NCBI RefSeq assembly: GCF_006345805.1
Contig: NC_043004.1
Coordinates: 18,228,001 to 18,292,000 of the forward strand
Source: Octopus sinensis
Taxonomy: Eukaryota
Reading direction: 5' to 3'
Length of the DNA: 64,000 nucleotides
The position numbers and the translations under genes were made by a program. Shown here in pieces: positions 38,136 to 50,539 of this stretch (the first letter of the stretch is position 1; every line of letters starts with the position of its first letter). The notes under the pieces are model-generated. The model made no database searches. It worked only from the letters and a program-made list of their open reading frames with translations, and was not told where the DNA came from.

Positions 38136-39859
38136 GTATAAACGCACACACATGTGTATGATGGGCTTCTTTCAGTTTCCTGCCAAATCCTCTTACAAAG
38201 CCTCAGTCAGCCCAAAATTATAGTGGAAGACACTCACACAGGGGGACAGAACCCAGAACCATGTGGTTGAGAAGCAAGCTTCTTACCATACTGCCTTTCC
38301 TGTGCTTACAGATCAATGTGATCTAAAAATCTCCATCTTTCTTTATCTCTGTTCAATATAAAATATATGTATATATCATAGTACGATACATTTTAGGCTC
38401 ATTTCTATGCATTTGTATGCATGCATGTATGTGTATATTTCTTTCTCTATGTCTTTTCACTGCATGTTTGTATGTCTATGTATTTGCAAATATACATTCA
38501 CTCACAAATACACACACAGCTCAGTTTGTAGCCAAATTTTAAGGACCTAGCAGAATGAGACTTTATGTTGGATAATTTTCAGTTGTAGCCTAGTTATTAG
38601 CAGTGATTACTTTACAACTCTCAACTCCAGTACTTGGAAAGACCATAGAATCTGTTGTTCTACTACTTACAAGTATTTCTATTGTTTAAAACTGCTTGGC
38701 ATATTATCAGCAGTGTAGGATAGCTCTTTAACAATAGCATTACCAGTTATTTGAAGTTCTGTCTGTATGTATGAGGTTACCTGTATCAGTGCACATTGGG
38801 TGTGGTTCATATTACATTGTTCTGTCCAAAAGACATAATTTGTAATGCTGGAAATATAACAGATGGTTTTGGCATTATGTTTTAACTTCTTTCCATTTCA
38901 AATTACATCTGCCTAATTTATTTCTTATGTCATCGTGTATATGTGTAAGGCGGCAGTAGGTTGGCAGTATCACTAAAAACTTGGACAAAATGCTTCGTGG
39001 CATTTCGTTTCTTCAGAGTTCAAATATCGCCATGGTTGACTTTGCCTTTCATCCTTTTGGAGATCGATAAAATAAAGTATCTATCTAGTACTGCGCTATG
39101 TGGGGGCTGGCTTGTCAGAGAATAGACCCAACGTCTCCTTTGTGTGTCGTAAAAGAAGACTAAAAGAGGTTGAGTTAGGATTTGCACTCTCACCTCATAA
39201 AACCCTCACCAGCGATTACTATTCAAACAGACCCATGGGCTGAAGGGCTGTTGCCCAAGTGATACAAAGGTGTCATTCATCAGGAAGAGGGAATCACCAA
39301 CAAACAGCAGATGCAGTGATGCACTGTTACAGCACATGCCCCCATACTGCTACTACTATTACTCCTACTACTACTACTAGTACAGGGGTCAATGTAATCA
39401 ACTTACCCTCTCTACTCAAAATCAGTAGCCTTGTGTCAAAATTAGAAAGAATTACTGTAAAAACCCATATAATTTATGCACTTTTTTATGCAAAACTAAA
39501 AATAAACTTTAGGGGGTGCATAAATCACATGAGTAGATTGTTTCCAAAATTTAAAAAAAAAATTTTTGTTGCAAAAAGACGTAAACATTCATACCAGAAG
39601 TTGGCTCATTTAATGTGAGAATAGGTTTTAACAAAAAAAATAATGGCTTAAATACGATTAATGAAGTTGACTTTTATTTATGCTGGACGGTATAATGCTT
39701 ACTTTTTTTGGTATAAATTTACTAAAACCATTAAATGGTTAACTACTTTTTGAAGTGTGATGTTCATGTTGGTAAATACTGTCTGGACCATATGTTACAT
39801 TGCTTGGAATTTCTACCTATCACAATGGAGCAACATTGACATACGTAATGATATGGATA

Positions 39860-41079
39860 TTCATCATCATCATCATTTAGCGTCCGTTTTCCATGCTAGC
39901 ATGGGTTGGACGGTTCAACTGGGGTCTGGGGAGCCCGAAGGCTGCACCAGGCCAGTCAGATCTGGCAGTGTTTCTACAGCTGGATGCCCTTCCTAACGCC
40001 AACCACTCTGAGAGTGTAGTGGGTGATTTTATGTGCCACCGACACAGGTGCCAGACGAGGCTGGCGAACGGCCACGCTCGGATGGTGTTTTTATGTGCCA
40101 CCGACACAGGTGCCAGACGAGGCTGGCAGACGGCCACGCTCGGATGGGTTTTTATGTGCCACCGACACAGGTGCCAGATGAGGCTGGCGGACGGCCACGA
40201 TCGGATGGTGTTTGTTACGTCCCCAAAGCACGGAGGCCAGTCTATGCGGTACTGGCTACGGCCACGTTCGGACGATTTTCTTGTGTGCCACCGGCACTGG
40301 TACCACAAAGATACAAATTCCATTGATGTTCATCTATTTTGATTTGTTTTGATTTGATTTGATTTTCACTTGCCTCAACAGGTCTTCACAAGTGTCACAA
40401 GAAGGAAGGTATGCACAGGTGGACTGACTACGTCCCAGGTAGGGGCCACGGGTTATGGCCTGACTAGTCTTGCCGGGTCTTCGGATGGTGTTTTTATGTG
40501 CCACCGACACAGGTGCCAGATGAGGCTGGCGAACGGCCACGATCGGATGGTGTTTGTTGCGTGCCCACAGCACGGAGGCCAGTCGATGCGGTACTGGCTA
40601 CGGCCACGTTCGGATGGTTTTCTTGTGTGCCACCGGCACTGGTACCACAAAGATACAAATTCCATTGATGTTCATCTATTTTGATCTGATTTGATTTGAT
40701 TTTCACTTGCCTCAACAGGTCTTCACAGGTCTTCACAAGTGTCACAAGAAGGAAGGAAGGTATGCACAGGTGGACTGACTACGTCCCAAGTAGGGGCCAC
40801 GGGTTATGGCTGACTAGTCTTGCCGGGTCTTCGGTTGGTGTTTTTATGTGCCACCGACACAGGTGCCAGATGAGGCTGGCGGACGGCCACGATCGGATGG
40901 TGTTTGTTATGTGCCCACATCACAGAGGCCAGTCGATGCGGTACTGGCTACGGCCACGTTCGGATGGTTTTCTTGTGTGCCACCGGTCCTGGTACCACAA
41001 AGATACAAATTCCATTGATGTTCATCTATTTTGATTTGGTTTGATTTGATTTGATTTGATTTTGATTGAAAAAAGAAAT
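39860..41079 (-). mobile_element. 1.22-kb family C retroposon with three ~345-bp tandem units, flanked by a 15-bp TSD
   Basis: GTAATGATATGGATA occurs at 39845-39859 and 41080-41094. The unit marker ATACAAAT recurs at 40311, 40653 and 41003. Confidence 0.85.
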
Positions 41080-41119
41080 GTAATGATATGGATAATCTTC
41101 ATTGAATGTTTTTATTTTT

Positions 41120-41291
41120 GCCTGTTTATTACTAGGCACAGTTTTAAGTTTGTCGTACTGTTTACACCAATTTCAAACATTGGTTTCATTAACATTAAAA
41201 TGCCTTCTAGCAGCACAATTGCCATGTTCGAATGCATATTCAACATATTTAATTTCCCCTTCGCAGTAAACAATTCACAAGTTCTGCCCAT
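41120..41291 (-). pseudogene. pogo-family transposase N-terminal (Brinker-type HTH) remnant
   Basis: MGRTCELFTAKGKL, a frameshift, then YVEYAFEHGNCAARRHFNVNETNV*NWCKQYDKLK (cf. YxxxFKLKVVEYAEEHGNRAAxRxFxVxExxVRxWRKQ). Confidence 0.75.
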
Positions 41292-43115
41292 ACTGACAAT
41301 AACGGTAATGACAAATTTTAAAGTTTGCTCGACATTTTATAATTGTGAAAGGGATTAAAATTTCGATACTCTGTATCAAGGGTTCCGACAAGAATAGTTG
41401 GAAACAAATTCAATTTACATAGTCAGTTTGATTGACCACCTTCCTCAGTTGGTTGAGTAAAGTGTCATCCAAGCTGATGTTTATCGGTATATTTAAACTT
41501 AATTTGCAATACCTGTGTGTATTTATCAGCTTTGTTCTTGCTGGTAATTCTTAACATTTCCTGTGATCATGATTTGAGAAGACATACAGTAGTATGCTAA
41601 AAATCAGACATAACCATTTGTGGGCAAGAAATGTAGAATAAAGTTTCTTATAAACAACACAAACATTTTATAATTTAAGAGCTTTCAATGTGATACCTGT
41701 TAAACAGAAATTATTTTTATTTAATGAAAATTTAATAAAATCTAATCATAAGTAAGTGAAATTATGCTAAATTCAACTAAATAGAAAACCTTTTTTCCCT
41801 GGCTATATTGGCAATTCTGAAAACTTTTGGGTGCAAATTTTACATGCGTAGAAGCATTTTTTAAACAAATTTTTTATCTTGAAAATCACCTGCATAAATT
41901 ACACAGTTGCACACAATTTACATGGATTTTTATGGTATTGTGTGTGTGTGCATGCATTTGTATGTTTTTTGAAATAAAAAAAATTGCATGTATACAAATA
42001 TTTCCTGAGACAAATATTGTACAGTAAAGAATGGTTCCCTGCCATACATATGCATGTGTATGTGCATAAACATGCTTATGTATAAGGTACCTCAAATATT
42101 TATAGACAGGCATACAACAACATGGAATAATATAGAACTCTTGTTGAGAATTTGAGTCATTATAGTTATAAATAGTCTTTATGTGTGAGGCAACTTTTCT
42201 ATGGCTGGGTGTCCTTCCAGTCACCAACCTTCACCTGTTTCCATGTAAGGTAATATTTCCTCATGACCAGACATGTTTTTACAGAAGATTGGAAATGAAA
42301 GACACCGCTCACATGACAGTGACTCTCATTTGCAACTATAACACAATGTCAAGACAAGGAAACAGTAACACACACACACACACACAGATATGACAGGCTT
42401 CTTTCAGTTTCCATCTGCCAAATTCATTGATGAGGCTTTACTCAGTCTGGGGTAATAGGACACTTGTTCAGCATGTCAAGAAGAGGGACTGAACTCAGAA
42501 CCATGTGGTTTGGAAGTATACTTCTTACTATACAGCCACGCCTGCACATTATCATTATCATCACCATTGTTTAACATCCACCTTCCATGCTGGCATGGGT
42601 GAGACACACACACACACGTTGTATGTGCATACATACATACACACACACACACACACATATATCCTTTTACATATACACACTAAGTTAGTCAAGGGACCAA
42701 GGGCTCCTCTTAGGCTCTGAATTTGATGTAGCTGGTGCCAAGTCATAACATCTACAAATCAATATCTGCAGGGAATTTGTGAGTAGATACACAACTGATG
42801 GATCTGATCCAAATATTTATAAACAAAGCAAACTTCACTGAAGACACACATGTACTATCTATCATCAATACTATTATTAGGTCAGTAGATAGATTGGTGA
42901 AGCCATGAGAGTGTAGGGCAAAAGGCTTTGAGTCATTTCTTCCAATCCCTATATGCTGAATTCAATTACTGCCTTGGTAAATTTTTTCATTTCAATCCCC
43001 CTTTCCCACCAATTGATAAAATAAAGTATCAGTCAAGTACAGGAATTGAAACAAATGACTAAGTCCTTCCTTTCAAAATTGTACCAATTAAGTACCAGTT
43101 GAGTACTAGGGTCAA

Positions 43116-43393
43116 GCAGTGCTGTTTTCTGCAAGTACTCCACCCTTATTGCAGCTCATATTTGTTCCACATACTTCTCGAGATTTTTACTCACTGTTCC
43201 CAGGACTCCGACAATTATTGGTACTGCTACCTTTTCTATTGACCATCTCTCGATTTTTCTTTCTTCCTTATCACATACCTGGTTGTCAGCTGGGCATGCT
43301 ATTGATCCAGCATAGTTTGTTTTCTTTCTCAATTAAGACTATGTCTGGCTTCCTATTCCCTATCTCATGGTCGCACTGAATCATAAAATCCCA
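43116..43393 (-). mobile_element. R4/Dong-type LINE restriction-like endonuclease fragment
   Basis: WDFMIQCDHEIGNRKPDIVLIEKENKLCWI ... VPIIVGVLGTVSKNLEKY...LQKTALL. It abuts an (AAT)-rich repeat at its truncated 5' end. Confidence 0.85.
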
Positions 43394-44777
43394 TTATTAT
43401 TATCATTATCATTATTATTATTAGACAGGAGGATTATACAGCATGTTAGCAGGCTTGTGGATGAAACTTAGTACCAGCATGAACATTATTATCATCATCA
43501 TTTATTTTCCATGATTGCATAGATCAAATAGGATTTGTTGAAAGATATTCTGTGGCTGGGTGCCCTAACTATCACCAAACCTCACCTGTTTCCAAGGAAG
43601 ATAAAATTTCTTCATGGCCAGACATGTTTTCACAGAATCATGGAAATGAAAGACACTGCCTGTACAACAGTGATACTCGTTTACATCTATCACATATCAA
43701 GACAAGGAGACACAAACATACACATACCTACACACACAGGGATTCTCCCAGTCTCCATCTACCAAATCCACTTACAAAGGATTGGTTGTAGCCCAGGGCT
43801 ATAATAGAAGATACTAAACCAGAGTGCCACACAGTGAGACTGAACCCAAAACCATGTGATTAGGAAGCAGCATTTTCAACTACACTGCCATGTCTCTGCC
43901 TTCTCCTTCAATATGAAATTCAGCAATCTTAAACTTCATTTTGGCATTATACTCCAGCTACAAAAAATATATATCACCATCGCCATTTAACATCCATCTT
44001 CCGTGCTGGTATGGGTTGGATCGATTGACAAGATCTAACAAGCCAGAGGACTGCACCAAGCTCCACTATCACTTTTGACATAGTTTTTTATGCCTAGATG
44101 CCATTTCTAACACCAACCACTTTACAGAATAGACTGGATGTATTTTAGAGGGTGTTAGCACTGGTGGGATCTGTTTTGGAATGGGTTTTACGGCTGGCCG
44201 CCATTCGTAATGCCAACCAATTTACAGAGTGGACTGTGTGCTTTTTACATGGCACCAGCACTGATAGGAAAATCTTTCTGTGCTGCCATTCAAGTCCCTT
44301 GATTCTGTTGAAGATTTTAGTGCCATCTGTATGGCTTTTTGGAATTTGCAGATGATGGTTCTGCAAATTCTTGCAGAACAGCTGGCACAAATGATTTGCT
44401 CATAATGATCAAATGATTGTGTTGCACATTAGATCACTCCCTCCATCAAATCAATAATGCATGTGCAATAGTGCACGGTATGTCATGTGTCAAAGTGATT
44501 GCAGAACAATGTGAGATGAAGTGGTTTGCACAAAAACATAGTGCACTACCAAGCCCAGGTATTGAAACCATGAACTTTTTGATTGAGAGTACTATACACT
44601 AACAACCAGGCCACATTAGTTGCATGATATACACAGAAATACTGTGCACGCAAGCAAACCCTTTAAAAATTCATTATAAAAGGTTTTACATAAAGTGTGT
44701 GTGTGTGTGTGTTCAAATATGTATAAATATGCATTTGTGCTTGTGTGTGCAGAGTGATGAACACAATTATGCATGAC

Positions 44778-44811
<34 letters not shown>

Positions 44812-44815
<4 letters not shown>

Positions 44816-45072
44816 AAAATAAGAAAATGGAGAAATACATCTAAATCAAATATCAATTACCAGATAGTACTCAATCACATACTTTATTAAACCACCACAT
44901 AAGAAACTATAGGGTTTTTATGTACACTCCTTGATGTACACTGTTTTGTTCTACTTTTTTTATGTTTAACCCTATAGTTGCTTATGTGGTGGTTTAATAA
45001 AGTATGTGATTGAGTACTATCTGGTAATTGATATTTGATTTAGATGTATTTCTCCATTTTCTTATTTTGTAT
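44812..45072. repeat. Near-perfect hairpin: 105-bp arms, 51-nt loop
   Basis: 44812-44916 vs 44968-45072 match at 104 of 105 positions as reverse complements. Confidence 0.95.
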
Positions 45073-45229
45073 TATGAATTTGTGGTAAAACATTTTACCT
45101 TTGCCCATATAATACAGTAAATGAATTGATTGCATCGCAATCCTTAACATTTATGTATTAACCTTGTTGGGTACTTCACTAGCAGTATATTGGATATATG
45201 TTATCCCATGGAGGGTTGCATTTACAACC

Positions 45230-45241
45230 CCTATCTCAATT

Positions 45242-45308
<67 letters not shown>

Positions 45309-45352
45309 GTGTCTATACATATATATATATATATATGTGTGTGTGGTGTGTG

Positions 45353-45385
<33 letters not shown>

Positions 45386-45389
45386 CTAG

Positions 45390-45454
<65 letters not shown>

Positions 45455-46700
45455 TATATACACACACATAAATATATACATAGACATATAATCACATATA
45501 TTCATAAAGATAAACACATATACAAATACGTGTCTGTGTATATATATATATATACATACAGACACATACATAGAGACATACAACTACATATATTCATAAA
45601 AATAAAACACATGTATGCATATACATACACTCACATATATATGTATATGCACACACACACATACATGTACACACACATATAGACAGACATACACACACAC
45701 ACACATAATATTTTGTTCAGTTCTAAGCCACTGATTCTGATGGAAGAAATCCATTTGATGTTATCACATTCTGCTAGGAGTCTATTAGGTGTAGAGTGAA
45801 AGCAAAATCATGAAGCACGAAGGCAGGGTAATTGTTAAAAATGTATTAATAATGTTATTTAATTCCCATTTAGGTATGGGAGAGGGTATTCGATATCTAT
45901 AATTATTTTAGGAGTTCATGTTTAATATATCACAGAAATTTATATACATGTACATGCACACATATACATACAAATATATACATAAACATGCATATATACA
46001 TATATATATATACACACATACACATGCATTTATACATATACATACACATGCATATATACATATATATATATACGTACACATGCATATATACATATATATA
46101 TACGTACACATGCATATATACATATATATATATACACACACACATACACATGCATATATACATATACATACACATGCATATATACATATATATATACATA
46201 CATACACAGGCATATATACATATATATATATACATACATACACAGGCATATATACATATATATATACATACACAGGCATATATACATATATATATACGTA
46301 CATGTGCATATATACATATATACACATACACATGCATATATACATATATACACACATACACATGCATATATACATATATATACACATACACATGCATACA
46401 TACATATATATACACATACACATGCATACATACATATATATACACATACACATGCATACATATATATACACATACATACATATATATACACATACATACA
46501 TATATACACACATACATATATATACACATACATACGTATACATACATACATATGTATATACATATACATATATATATACATATACACACACATATGCATA
46601 CATGTATACATGCATACACACACGTGTGTATGTATAAACGCACATAGATACACACACACACACAACATACACATATATACACACACACACACACAAATAT
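45230..46700. repeat. Two (AT)/(AC)/(ATACAC)-type microsatellite fields
   Basis: Seen directly (45230-45700 and 45940-46700). Confidence 0.95.
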
Positions 46701-47847
46701 ACATGGGCATGACTGTGTGGTTAAAAAACACGCTTCCTAACCATCTGGCTTCCAGTACAAACACATATAAGCATATAAACATTGAGAACACACTCTTCGT
46801 GGTAAGGCGATTTGACATCTATGTTTAGCATATTAGGAATACACTTTAGTGGTCATTATTCTTATTAATTGTATAAGCATAGACATATTCTTTTCTGGTA
46901 CCATTAAAATCCTTATCTATACTTATTAATTGTAATTAAGGATATTCTGAATTATCAACAATTGATTCTAGGATCTCATCTGCATTCAATGTACAACTAA
47001 ACTCATTTCATGCTCTGTCCCCCATTCTGAGAATTAGGGAAGTGTAGAACTTATTCCTATGCAGGTCCCCACGAACCAAGAAATAGAAACAATAAAAAAA
47101 TTCAACTGAAATTTTTTTCTTAAATAAAGTAGTTTTTCAAAAGTGCAGGCAATGTTTGTGTGGTTGTGAAGCTTGTTTTGCAACCCATATGGGTTAGGGT
47201 TCATTCCCACGGTGTGGCACTTCAGGCAACTATCTTCTAAAACACTCCCGGGCCAGCCAACATCTTGCAAGTAAATCTACTTCACAGAAACTGTGTGGAA
47301 GCCCACTGTACATACATTTGTGTGTCTTTGTGTATGCGCTTGTCCTGACCCCACCTCACCACTACTTGATAAGTGTTGGTTTGTTTACATTCCCATAACT
47401 TAGCTGTTCAACAAAACGCACGGATATATTTTAAGTCTGGCACTTATTCTAAGTCCTAGGGCTGATTAGTTTTTTGTCTTTTGTTTTTTGTTTTTTTATT
47501 TATTTTGTAAATGTAGGTTATAACATTTGCGTTGTCTGGAAGTTCTTCCACCCCAGATATTGCGAGAGGCACTCTCGTATCAGTATCTAGGTCACATTTG
47601 TGTCTTGTATAGGGTTTATCAACTGTTCATAGTTCATGAAATTTCTGGCTCTGAAGAGATGGCCTAACCTTTGAAATGCAGTTTTTGCTTGGATATGTGT
47701 TCACCTTGAGAAGTGAATGTAAGCTATAAAACTTAGTAAAATAAACAAAAACCTGTGAAGTGTGTCAATATTTTGATTGGTCATTCCTGCCCCAAAAATA
47801 GAAAGGATTTTTATTGTTTCACTTATACTTCCCTGATGTGTATCAAA

Positions 47848-48870
47848 TCATCATCATCATCATTTAGCGTCGTTTCATGCTAGCATGGGTTGGACGGTTC
47901 AACTGGGGTCTGGGGAGCCCGAGGCTGCACCAGGCCAGTCAGATCTGGCAGTGTTTCTACAGCTGGATGCCCTCCTAAGCCAACCACTCCGAGAGTGTAG
48001 TGGGTGATTTTTAGTGCCACCGAACAGTTGCCAGACGAGGCTGGCGAACGGCCACGCTCGGATGGTGTTTTTATGTGCCACCGACACAGGTGCCAACGAG
48101 GCTGGCAGACGGCCACGCTCGGATGGTGTTTTTATGTGCCAACGACACAGGTGCCAGATGAGGCTGGCGGAACGGCCACGATCGGATGGTGTTTGTTACG
48201 TCCCCAAAGCACGGAGGCCAGTCTATGCGGTACTGGCTACGGCCACGTTCGGATGGTTTTTTGTGTGCCACCGGCACTGGTACCACAAAGATACAAATTC
48301 CATTGATGTTCATCTATTTTGATTTGTTTTGATTTGATTTGATTTTCACTGCCTCAACAGGTTCACAAGTGTCACAAGAAGAAGGTATGCACAGGTGGAC
48401 TGACTACGTCCCAGGTAGGGCCAAGGGTTATGGCTGACTAGTCTTGCCGGGTCTTCGGATGGTGTTTTTATGTGCCACCGACACAGGTGCCAGATGAGGC
48501 TGGCGAACGGCCACGATCGATGGTGTTTGTTGCGTGCCCACAGCACGGAGGCCAGTCGATGCGGTACTGGCTACGGCCACGTTCGGATGTTTTCTTGTGT
48601 GCCACCGGCACTGGTACCACAAGATACAAATTCCATTGATGTTCATCTATTTTGATTTGATTTGATTTTGATTTCCACTTGCCTCACAGGTCTTCACAGG
48701 TCTTCACAAGTGTCACAAGAAGGAAGGAAGGTATGCACAGTGGACTGACTACGTCCCAAGTAGGGCCACGGGTTATGGCCTGACTAGTACTGGTACCACA
48801 AAGATACAAATTCCATTGATGTTCATCTATTTTGATTTGGTTTGATTTGATTTGATTTGATTTTGATTTT
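47848..48870 (-). mobile_element. Second copy of the triplicated family C retroposon
   Basis: It shares diagnostic bases with 39860-41079, has a partly deleted third unit, and carries many 1-bp deletions. Confidence 0.85.
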
Positions 48871-49023
48871 TTAGAAATGAAAATCTAGTTAAAGGTGTCT
48901 AGTTTGTGTGTTGACATCTAAGTGTTAGAGACTGAGGTAGAATGAAGGACAGTATAATGAGCATTATAATTAGAGGTGATAATGTACAGATCATTAATGA
49001 AGATATGAGATGATGGAATAAAG

Positions 49024-50539
49024 TAGTGCTTCTCAGTCTTTTTTCAACTACCATGCCCTTTCTTTTACAAATATATTTTCAATGCCTTCTTGCTACGATA
49101 CAAAGCCCACTGCCACTCATTTTTTAATGTACAAACACATCATATCTGTAGCTGGAAAAGCAAAAACTAAGGTCACTCTTACTGCTAGATGAAATAAGAA
49201 CAGAATATCCAGTTTCACTTCACAAGGATCATCAGAACTCAATGGTTGTACATATAAGTGTAAACTACCCCAACTTCTGGCCAGAAAGTATTCCGGCCCC
49301 TCAGAGATCCCTTCCCCATATCTATTCCCCTCAAAGTCCTGACAAAGAAAGAGGCTCTTCAAATGTCCTGCTTCTTGATGTGACATCACTTTCCTTCACT
49401 TTTGGTCCCAACATCATTTTTCCTTCCTTGCTTCTGGTCCCAATGTCTCTCTCTTCAATCTTCCACAATATCAGGCCAGAGTAATATTCTGGCCCCTCAG
49501 AGATCCCTTCCACATATCTATTTCCCTCAAAGTCCTGACAAAGAAAGAGGCTCTTCAAATGTCCTGCTTCTTGATGTGACATCACTTTCCTTCGCTTTTG
49601 GTCCCAACATCACTTTTCCTTCCTTGCTTCTGGTCCCAATGTCTCTCTTCAATCTTCCACAATATCAGGCCAGAGTAATTTAGTTCCAAATACTAGTCTA
49701 ATGCAGCTGGTTACTTATCACAGCATCACGCAACTAAAAGCAAAATATTTGAGACATCACTCCTTGGACTTAGCTATTGACTCAATCTTCGATATGTGGC
49801 TTTGGCTAAACTCAGCCACCATATTCTTGAGTTTAATATATGTCCCTGTAGCTACAAGTTGAAATTTATGTTTGTGCTTCAATCTATAGTTGTTGTTATT
49901 ATTGTTGTTATGATTGTAGCTGTCAAGCAGTTTACCATAATCATCATCAGCATAATCCTATAATATCCACCTTTCCATGCTCGCATGGGTCAGACATAAT
50001 TTATTGGGGTGGGTTTTCTACAGCCAGATCTCCTTCCTCTCACCAAGCTGCACCTGTTTCCAAGCAAGATATTTTTCCCATGGCCAGACATGCTTTTCAC
50101 AGAAGACCACTGGAGACAGACATCCTCATTTGTATGACAATGACATTCATTTACAATGATTACATGATGTCTAGACAAAGAGAGACACACATACACATGA
50201 TGGACTTCTTTCAGTTTCCGTCATCTCAATCCACTTACAAGGCTTTGTTCAGCCTAGGGCTATAGTAGAAGACACTTGCTCAAGGTGCCATGCAACAGTA
50301 CTGAACCCAAGGTCACATGGATGGGAAGCAAGCTTCTTAAAACCACACAGCAAAGCCTGAGCCATAATACCTTTTTCTTTTTTTTGCAACTTAATATAAT
50401 AATAGGAGACAAAGAATTAAAAAGCTATACAGATGCATCAATTGCACTTCTCTATCTTCCTTGGTCTCCAGCACTCATAAGATTTTCCACTGCCCTTCTC
50501 CCACTCCCAGGTCAGTAATACCCACTTTGAGAAACACTG
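49024..50539. mobile_element. Possible hAT/Charlie-like remnant with nested insertions
   Basis: TAGTGCTTCTCAG at 49024 and TTTGAGAAACACTG ending at 50539 resemble CAGTGTTTCTCAA TIRs. No convincing 8-bp TSD. Confidence 0.3.
49279..49678. repeat. Tandem duplication of a ~195-bp unit
   Basis: GGCCAGA recurs at 49279, 49474 and 49668. The two units are highly similar. Confidence 0.95.

Larger units (their letters stand above)
39455..41935 (-). mobile_element. pogo-like DNA transposon derivative, interrupted by a retroposon
   Basis: TA-flanked imperfect TIRs: CTGTAAAAACCCATATAATTTATGCAC (39455) and the reverse complement of CCATAAAAATCCATGTAAATTGTGTGCA (ending 41935). A transposase DNA-binding remnant lies inside. 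Confidence 0.75.

Noticed and set aside
39090-39185. HDV-like ribozyme motif (GTCGTAAAAGAAGACTAAAAGAGG) typical of RTE 5' ends; weaker copy near 36330
   Set aside because: P4/J4-2-like and P2-like parts are visible, but only ~10 nt remain where P3, L3, P1 and P1.1 need about 22. It cannot fold as is.
39877-41034. Repeated ORFs such as MLAWVG...LQLDALPNANHSESVVG and MCHRHRCQ (also at 25105, 31303 and 47880-48655)
   Set aside because: They are chance frames through family C retroposon sequence, recurring wherever the repeat occurs.
45164-46828. Long ORFs of up to 262 aa rich in Y/I/V/C/M/H/T (also at 10702-11428, 15287-16366 and 59998-62369)
   Set aside because: They are translations of AT/AC/ATAC microsatellites, which lack stop codons by composition.
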